From positions 1,984,001 through 2,048,000 of the forward strand of contig CM076001.1 of the NCBI GenBank assembly GCA_038087875.1: 64,000 nt of DNA, given 5' to 3'. The notes beneath the pieces were generated by a model. That model saw only the letters and a list, made by a program, of their open reading frames with translations. It was not told the origin of the DNA and searched no databases. Made by a program: the position numbers and the translations under genes. Of the stretch, positions 57,892 to 64,000 are shown one piece after another; position 1 is the stretch's first letter, and each line of letters begins with the position of its first letter. Source of the stretch: Malacoraja senta. Lineage: Eukaryota.

Positions 57892-60446
57892 ATGAGTTGG
57901 AAGTGGCACTTGGACGTTGAATATTATTATTATCCAATTCTAGCAGCAATCGGAGTACCCGGTAGGTCAAGGGAACGCTGTATGTGGGACTGAGATGTGG
58001 GATGCTGTGTTGATAAAGTCAATGTTAAAGGTAAAGTGAAAATAGTGTGCGAAAAACGGGAATGCTAGACTGCATCCTTCAGGTTACGGCGGTATTAACC
58101 ACATAATATTAATCTACTTGATCGTTGGTCGTTCATTGGATCTGGTACAGGTTGATTCTCTTCAGATTCAGGTTTAAGTGCATTGTTGTCATGTCTCCTT
58201 GAGAGCTGCAAAAAAAGCTTTGGTTTGCAATCAATCCAATAAGATCAAATAATATTATATATCAATACAAACAATTCAATCTCAGCAACAGGTAGTGTAA
58301 AAGGAGAAATCGGAGTGCAGAGCATAGTTCAGGTTTGGGAGCGCATAAAGCCGAATGTCCACAATGGGATAGAGATGAAAATACCCTGGCTTATGGAAAA
58401 GCGGCTCACAAGCCTGATAACAGAGAGGAGGAAGCATTTCTGGAGTCTGGTGGTTCGAAATTTCAGTCTTCTGTATCTTTTGACAGCCGGGAGCAGGAAG
58501 TAGAAGAAATGAGCGGGGTGAGACATGTCTTTGCACACGTCGCCTCCGTTTCCCAGGCATTGTGAAGTGCAAATGCAGTCAACGGTGCGGTGTCTACTTC
58601 GTGATATGGATCCGACTTATTCCAGAACTCTCTGCAATTTATTGTTTATAGGGCAGAGATGTACCCACAACAAGCTGAATTGCACCTAACAGTATGCTTT
58701 GAATGCTAATCTGTAGCAGAATGTTTGAGTCATTAGAGGCAGGTCAGAGCTCCTCAGTCTTCTCAGTAAAGGTGTTGGTCTGTATATCGGAGAGAGATAT
58801 TAATGAAATATTAACTGCGAGGAAATTAAAGTCCTCAACCACTTCCACTTCAGCACCATTGATGATGACCGGTGCTTCACCGCTTTTCCTGAAATCGATA
58901 ACTAGCTCCGTCTTGTTCACACTGACGTTGAGATTGTTATTATCTGGAAACTTGTCGGAGCAGTTACAGCCGAATCTGGCCGCGGGGTCGTGAGTGTAGA
59001 GGATGTAGTCGGGGACGGAGCAGACATATTTATGTGGCACCGTTGTAGAGAATTATTGTGGAAGGGGTGTTATCACTAATTCTCACTGATTAAGGTATGT
59101 TCATTAGAACGTCAAGTATGCACTCGCAAGCTGGTGTACTGATCGCTTGGCTCGGGAGTTTATCAATGGGTTTGGATGGGAGTAGTGTTGAAGGCAATAC
59201 TTCAGCGGAGAAATGGGAATCCAACGTTCGACTGCTTGCTGCCTGGCTGTTCCCGGGAAGGGTTTAGGTCCAGGACGATGGCGTCTGATGCGGACATGTT
59301 GCTGCAATATGCAGTCTGAGGTGTATCAATGGTGGCTTGGAGACAGCTCAAGCTGCCTGCGTATACCGCTGCTAACTAATCCGCACAGCTCCTCAGCACG
59401 CACCCAGGTTTGCAAGTACGCCAGTTGTTTTGGAACAAATAAGCAAAGCGTACCTAAAATTGACCCCGCCTCCAAATTAGAATCGCGTTTCCCTTACATG
59501 TAACGACAGTTTTCTCTTTTCTACACCCGCAGTGAACTTGCTGGCGATTGTGATTCTGTCCCGCAGAAATTGTGGTCTCTCCAAATGCACCACTCGTTAC
59601 CTGGTGGCCATGGCGACGGCGGACTTCTCAGTGATTGTCTGCGAAGTGATATTACATCGGATTAGCGACCTTTACTGGGGCCACACATTCCTCCTGCACA
59701 ATACTGTGTGCAGGTCCATTATGTTCCTCGCTCCCGCGGCCGTTGCCTGTTCGGTTTGGCTCACGGTTGCTTTCACATTTGATCGCTTTGTGACCATTTC
59801 CACTCAGAATCTGAGAACCAGATACTGCACCGAAAGAACCGCGCTGGTGGTTATAGTCACCCTAACTGCGTTCTTCTGTTTACAGAACGTGCCCTGGCCT
59901 TTTGCGTACACTTATTATCACATGGATCGGCAGGGTATACTGTGGGGTTGCCAATTACCATTTAACTTTTATAGCCTATCCTCGTGGATAGCATTTTCCT
60001 GGACTCAACAGCTGCTAATCCCAGTCATTCCATTTTGTTTGATTATGGCGATGAACGTGCTCACAGTCAGACGCATTTTAGTGGCCAGTCGTGTCCGCAG
60101 AAGACTCCGCGATCTCAGTACTGAGGACCCCGAGATCGCAAACCGCAGACGGTCCGTAATTTTACTCCTTGCAATTTCCAGCAGTTTTATGCTGCTCTGG
60201 GGCACAAATGTGGGATATTTCGTTTTCTATCGATGTACGAACGCATTTTGGTTCAGAGGGTTGAAGAACCCATTTGCAACATTTGAACAAACTGGAATTA
60301 TGCTACAACTGTTGAACACCTGCACAAACACACTTATTTACACCGTGACCCAGATGAGGTTCAGAGAGCAGCTGCTCCAGGTACTCAAGTACCCCTTTAC
60401 CCTAACTGTAAGTTTAATAACATCGAGAAAACCTCGTGTAAAATAA
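57892..60446 (+). CDS. GPR139/GPR142-like class A orphan GPCR, copy 3 (exon 1 57892-57961, exon 2 59533-60446; 327 aa)
   Basis: Exon 1 encodes MSWKWHLDVEYYYYPILAAIGVP and ends at the G|GTAGGT donor. CAG acceptor at 59532. Intact 7TM frame, about 88% identical to copy 2 in exon 2 (36 of 304 differences counted). Confidence 0.93.
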
Positions 60447-62229
60447 CATTACAATACTAATCCCTTCGTGAGTGATTGTGAAAACTAGGTAATGGAGGAG
60501 TTTTCTCTGAAAACTTTCCGCATCAATTAAAAAAAAAATAGCTGAGAAATACAATTTGAGCGCGTCCCCTGGACTGGAATGCATATTTCGCCATCTATTT
60601 AACATGCGACACGTTGTTCAAAGTGCCCAGTGGGGAGGGCGGCCACGTGGAACCGTGTGCTGTGTTGTTCTGGAGCAGACCTCCAATGTTTCCGTAATTT
60701 AGCCTCGCTGTTAACCGTTTCCACCTTCCTTTGAATCCAGCGGCAACGTATCCAGCACCCAATGAAAATAGACAAAGAGTTATGGTCCTGAACATTGCAT
60801 GCTCTATTACTCTACTCTTCTATGAGACGTTCCATGGTTACGTATATAAGTGCCCAGTGCACAAATGTGTTTAATAAAATGATTGCTGTAACATTTATGT
60901 TAATGAGAGTTCGATTTTATTTTTGCTTCTCGCACTGAATGTAACGCCTCATTGCTTCTTACAGAGGCTTTCGGTTTTCATCACAATTATTAACTCTGCA
61001 CCAGATGCAGCCAAAGGTAGTGGGTGCTATTCATACGTTGGCATTACTAATTATATTTTTAATGAAAGCAGAATGTAACAAACGAGCGTCCAGTAGAGGG
61101 CGGTAAAGTGAGTAAGCTCGCCTGTGTGGTAAAGCGATTCTGAACCGATTTGCTTTAATGTCCCACCTCCATTGATGCAGCTGGAGCTCTGCCTATTTGA
61201 GAATAGAGGGAGTGCTCAGAGTCGGATTTAACTCCTCCTGCAGGGCAAGGAAATGTGAGAAATCCATTAATTTATTTTCGCCACCAATGGCGGCTGAGAT
61301 TTGATTAGCTCCAAATTTGAGTTGAGTAATCTCTCCACAAATCCTCCACTCCCGACGCGGTAACGTTTACATTTTTACCTATTCTGATTGACATTTTTCC
61401 CCTCGAGGCCGAGAACACCTTCACTGAACTTTTATGCTTTATTTCTTGACTTATTACTGTTTAAAACTAAGTAAGAAGTTTAAAACATCAAAATACTTTG
61501 AATTTAAAACGACCAGCTGCAACTGATGACCTCACAATGGCTCGGGTAGCAGTGATCATCTCCCCTGAAGATTTCATCCAATATTTCACGTTATTCGCGA
61601 TTAAAGCATTGAAAATGCAAATGTTCACAATATTTTTACATGTTCTGATCCACATTTATCCCCTCCAGGCAGCGAGCACATGCGCTGAACATTTTATGCT
61701 TTATTTCTCGACATTACTGATTAATGTTAAAAAAAATCTAAAGACTCAAATTAAAACGACTAGCTTCAACTAATGACGTCAAAATGGCTCGGCTAGCAGT
61801 GATCAGCATCACTTACGTTCGGGAACGGCTTGAGTTGGAGGACCACGCCTCCTGTGGGGGCTACGGCCAGGGAACGGGTGCGTTAGGGGAGCAGACCCTA
61901 TCGAAGACATTCAAAACTTTACATACCTCAACCAGATCTTCCTGCAATCTCCGACATTCCAGAGGGAAAGAATCCAAATATGACCAATCTCTCCCTGCAC
62001 CGCTAATCCAGCCACCATTCCGGTAAATGAGCAACTGCGGCTCTAAAACACGCTGTTCTTATTAAATGTGTCCATCTTGCTGAATTGGCAAAGACATTCT
62101 CTAATGGCGTTGCTACTGGTCACCAATTTGTACAGCCTGGTAGTTTAGTTAGTTTACATTCGTTTATGATAGGCGTCGATAGGGTAGACTTTCAAAACTT
62201 TCATTTTCCCAAAGGTCGGTTCTAACCGG

Positions 62230-62620
62230 AATGGCTGAACTGGCAAATGTTGAAAGAATGGAGTGGCTGGGCTTGTATACACTGGAATTCAGAAGGATGA
62301 GAGGATATCTTATTGAAACATATAATGTTTTTAGGGGTTTGGACACGCTGGACGCAGGAAACATGTTCCCGATGTTGGGGGAGCCCAGAACCAGGGGGCC
62401 ACAGTTTAAGAATAAGTGTTAAGCCATTTAGATGGAGATGAGGAAACATTTTTTTCGCCCAGAGAATAGTGAGTCTGTGGCATTCTCTGCCTCAGAGGGC
62501 GGTGGAGGCCGCTTCTCTGGATACTGTCAAGAGAGAGCTAGATAGGGCTCATGAAGATAGCGGAGTCAGGGGATATGGGAGAGGGCAGGAGCGGGGTACT
62601 GATTGGGGATGATGATCACT
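62230..62620 (+). mobile_element. CR1 3' fragment
   Basis: LGLYTLEFRRMRGYLIETY (62231-62422) followed by the CR1 3' UTR. Confidence 0.85.
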
Positions 62621-63390
62621 GTTGTGGGGCGTATCACTGATGGGGATGAGTCAGAGTATAGAAGAGAGATCGAGCGACTGTCCATATGGTGCCAGCACAA
62701 TAACCTGGCCCTCAACGCCAGTAAAACCAATGAACTGATTGTGGACTTTGGAAGGATTAGGATGGGGACCCACAATCCCGTTTATATCATCGAGTCGATG
62801 GTTGAAAGGGTCAAGAGCTTCAAATTCCTGGGTGTGCACATATCTGAAGATCTTTCCTGTTCCGAGAACACTGATGCAATTATTAAGAAGGCACATCTGC
62901 GCCTCTACTTCCTGAGAAGTTTACGGACAGTCGGTTTGTCAAGGAGGACTCTCTCTTAATACTACAGGTGAACAGTAGAGAGCATGCTGACCGGTTGCAT
63001 CGTGGCTTGGTTCGGCAAATTGAGCGTCCTGGAGCGGAAAAGAATACAAAACGTAGTAAACACTGCCCAGTCCATCATCGGCTCTGACCTCCCTTCCAGC
63101 GAGGGGATCCATCGCAGTCGCTGTTTCAAAAAGGCTGGCAGCATCATCAAGGACCCACAACATCCGGGCCACACACTCATCTCCCCGCTACCTTCAGGTA
63201 GAAGGTACAGGAACCTGAAGACTGCAACCACCAGGTTCAGCAATAGCTACTTCCCCACAGCCATCAGGCTATTAAACTCGGCTCGGACAAAACTCTGAAC
63301 ATGAATAGCCCATTATATGTTTATTTGCACTTTATCAGTTTATTTATTCATGTGTGTATACATTAATATAATGATATATGGACACACTGA
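62620..63390 (+). mobile_element. Rex1/Babar-type LINE 3' portion
   Basis: ORFs 62603-62959 and 62984-63298, nearly the same peptides as 20130-20687. Confidence 0.88.
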
Positions 63391-63394
63391 TAGA

Positions 63395-64000
63395 CATAGA
63401 AATATAGAAACATAGAGAATAGGTGCAGGAGGAGGCAATTCGGCCCTTCGAGCAAGCACCGCCATTCATTGTGATCATGGCTGATCGTCGCATATCAATA
63501 ACCCGTGCCTGCCTTCTCCCCATAATCCCACGACTCCATTAGCTCATAGAGCTCTATCCAACTCTCTCTTAAATCCATCCAGCGATTTGGCCTCCACTGA
63601 CCTCTGTGGCAGGGAATTCAATAAATTTACAACTCTCTGGGTGAAAACGGTTTTTCTCACCTCAGTCTTAAATGACCCCCCCTTTATTCTAAGACTGTGG
63701 CCCCTGGATCTGGACTCGCCCAACATTGGGAATATGCTTCCTGCATCTAGCTTGTCCAGTCCTTTTATAATTTTATATGTTTCTATAAGATCGCCCCTCA
63801 TCCTTCGAAACTCCAGTGAATACAAGCCTAGTCTTTTCAATCTTTCCTCATATGATAGTCCCGCCATCCCAGGGATCAATCTCGTGAACCTCCGCTGCAC
63901 TGCCGCAATCACAACGATGTCCTTCCTCAAATTAGGAGACCAAAACTGTACACAATACTCCAGGTGTGGTCTCACTAGAGCCCTATACAACTGCAGAAGA
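63395..64000 (-). mobile_element. CR1 3' portion (continues beyond the window)
   Basis: ORF 63544-63990 (YRALVRPHLEYCVQFWSP...) and a CR1 tail at about 63395-63420. Confidence 0.92.

Overview
Eukaryotic, repeat-dense vertebrate DNA. It is most likely from a cartilaginous fish (skate or ray); this is inferred from the HE1-like SINEs, the CR1/Rex1/Penelope repertoire and the shark-type GPR139-like receptors. Genes on the + strand: three intact two-exon class A orphan GPCRs of the GPR139/GPR142-like type (9748-12210, 28994-31318, 57892-60446; 327 aa each) and a more distant GPCR pseudogene fragment (46463-47036). Genes on the - strand, between receptors 2 and 3: an apparently intact T-cell receptor alpha/delta-type V segment with leader exon, intron, V exon and RSS (50390-50893), and a degraded V relic (about 43835-44020). 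No D, J or C segment is visible. The receptors arose by segmental duplication, and their differences cluster in the extracellular loops. The rest is transposons: a degenerate L1, CR1, Rex1/Babar, Penelope, SINEs, non-autonomous DNA elements and a head-to-tail Helitron-like array (33730-38924). There are also two tRNA-Glu pseudogenes and a 277-nt assembly gap. The most notable feature is antigen-receptor V segments interleaved with a diversifying orphan GPCR cluster. No database searches were run, and repeat boundaries without a TSD are approximate.
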